From assembly GCF_009914755.1 (NCBI RefSeq), contig NC_060941.1: DNA of 64,000 nucleotides; one strand, written 5' to 3'. The notes beneath the pieces are model-generated. The model was not told the DNA's origin. It saw only the letters and a list, made by a program, of their open reading frames with translations, and made no database searches. Below are positions 51,454-64,000 of this stretch, one piece after another; the stretch's first letter is position 1, and each line of letters begins with the position of its first letter. The DNA comes from the human T2T-CHM13v2.0 reference genome, Homo sapiens. A program made the translations under genes and the position numbers.

Positions 51454-51591
51454 CAGGATGACAAGCCATCAGGAGGTCAACAACACAAGCACAGACAGAG
51501 GGAAAGAGGCCAAACTGCTGAATGTCAGCGGCCTGTCTGGAGGGGCTGAGGCTTCGGCCTCGGGAGGCTGAAGCAGGAGGCAGGGAAACGG

Positions 51592-62943
<11,352 letters not shown>

Positions 62944-63063
62944 CTAAAGGTAGTAGAAAAAAAAGTAAATTACAGATGAGCCAGGGGCGGGGAGGGTGGA
63001 GACTACTTGATGCAGTTAGTTTTATCCCTACTACTAAAGAAAGATTTGAGTTCAACATCATTA

Positions 63064-63519
<456 letters not shown>

Positions 63520-64000
63520 CTACTAAAAATACAGAAATTGAACCCAGGAGGCAGAGGTTGCAGTGAGCTGAGATCGCACCACTGCACTCCAGCCTGGGAG
63601 ACAGAGCAAGACTGTGTCTCAAAAAAAAAAAAAAGAAAAGAAAAAGAAAAAAAAAAGCACACCAGATGGAGCTATACAAACTAGTGAAGAACACCAGAAA
63701 TGGTAAGTATGTGGGTAAAATGCAAAAAAATATTTTTTCTCATTTTGCAATTTCTACAAAAGATAAAGGCTGTTCAAAGCAAAAAGAGTAACAAAGTATT
63801 ATAGCACTTATAATACATGTACAATTAAAATGTTATGACAAAAATACTACTAAGAGTGGGAGTGGAACTTAAAGTGTATTATTCTAAGGTTCTTGTACTA
63901 TATGTGAAGTGATCCGTAGTAGACTAATGGTCAAAGTAGATCACAGTAAGTGAGCTATGTATATACTGTAAACCTTAGAGCAAACAATAAGAAAAAAACC

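Overview
Human genomic DNA, recognisable as the chr17p13.3 cluster. Four genes lie head-to-tail on the minus strand: the 3' half of PRPF8 (exons 25-43), complete RILP (8 exons, 401 aa), complete SCARF1/SREC-I (11 exons, 830 aa) and the 5' part of SLC43A2/LAT4 (non-coding exon 1, coding exons 2-5; the rest lies left of the window). Every exon was placed at GT/AG boundaries and the lengths keep frame throughout. Around 60 Alu elements, a 7SL pseudogene, a 5'-truncated L1PA, several MER/MIR/L2 fragments, three CpG islands and several minisatellites fill the rest. I see no new gene family or prokaryote-type system. The most unusual recurring signal is duplication of 5' splice-site sequence by tandem repeats next to real donors (SCARF1 exons 1 and 4, PRPF8 exon 30), where use of a copy gives a premature stop. 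Other leads are an internal in-frame first exon of SLC43A2, an in-frame RILP-SCARF1 read-through junction, and a cryptic PRPF8 donor that would remove the C-terminal tail without triggering NMD. Repeat coordinates and subfamily calls are approximate and made by eye.
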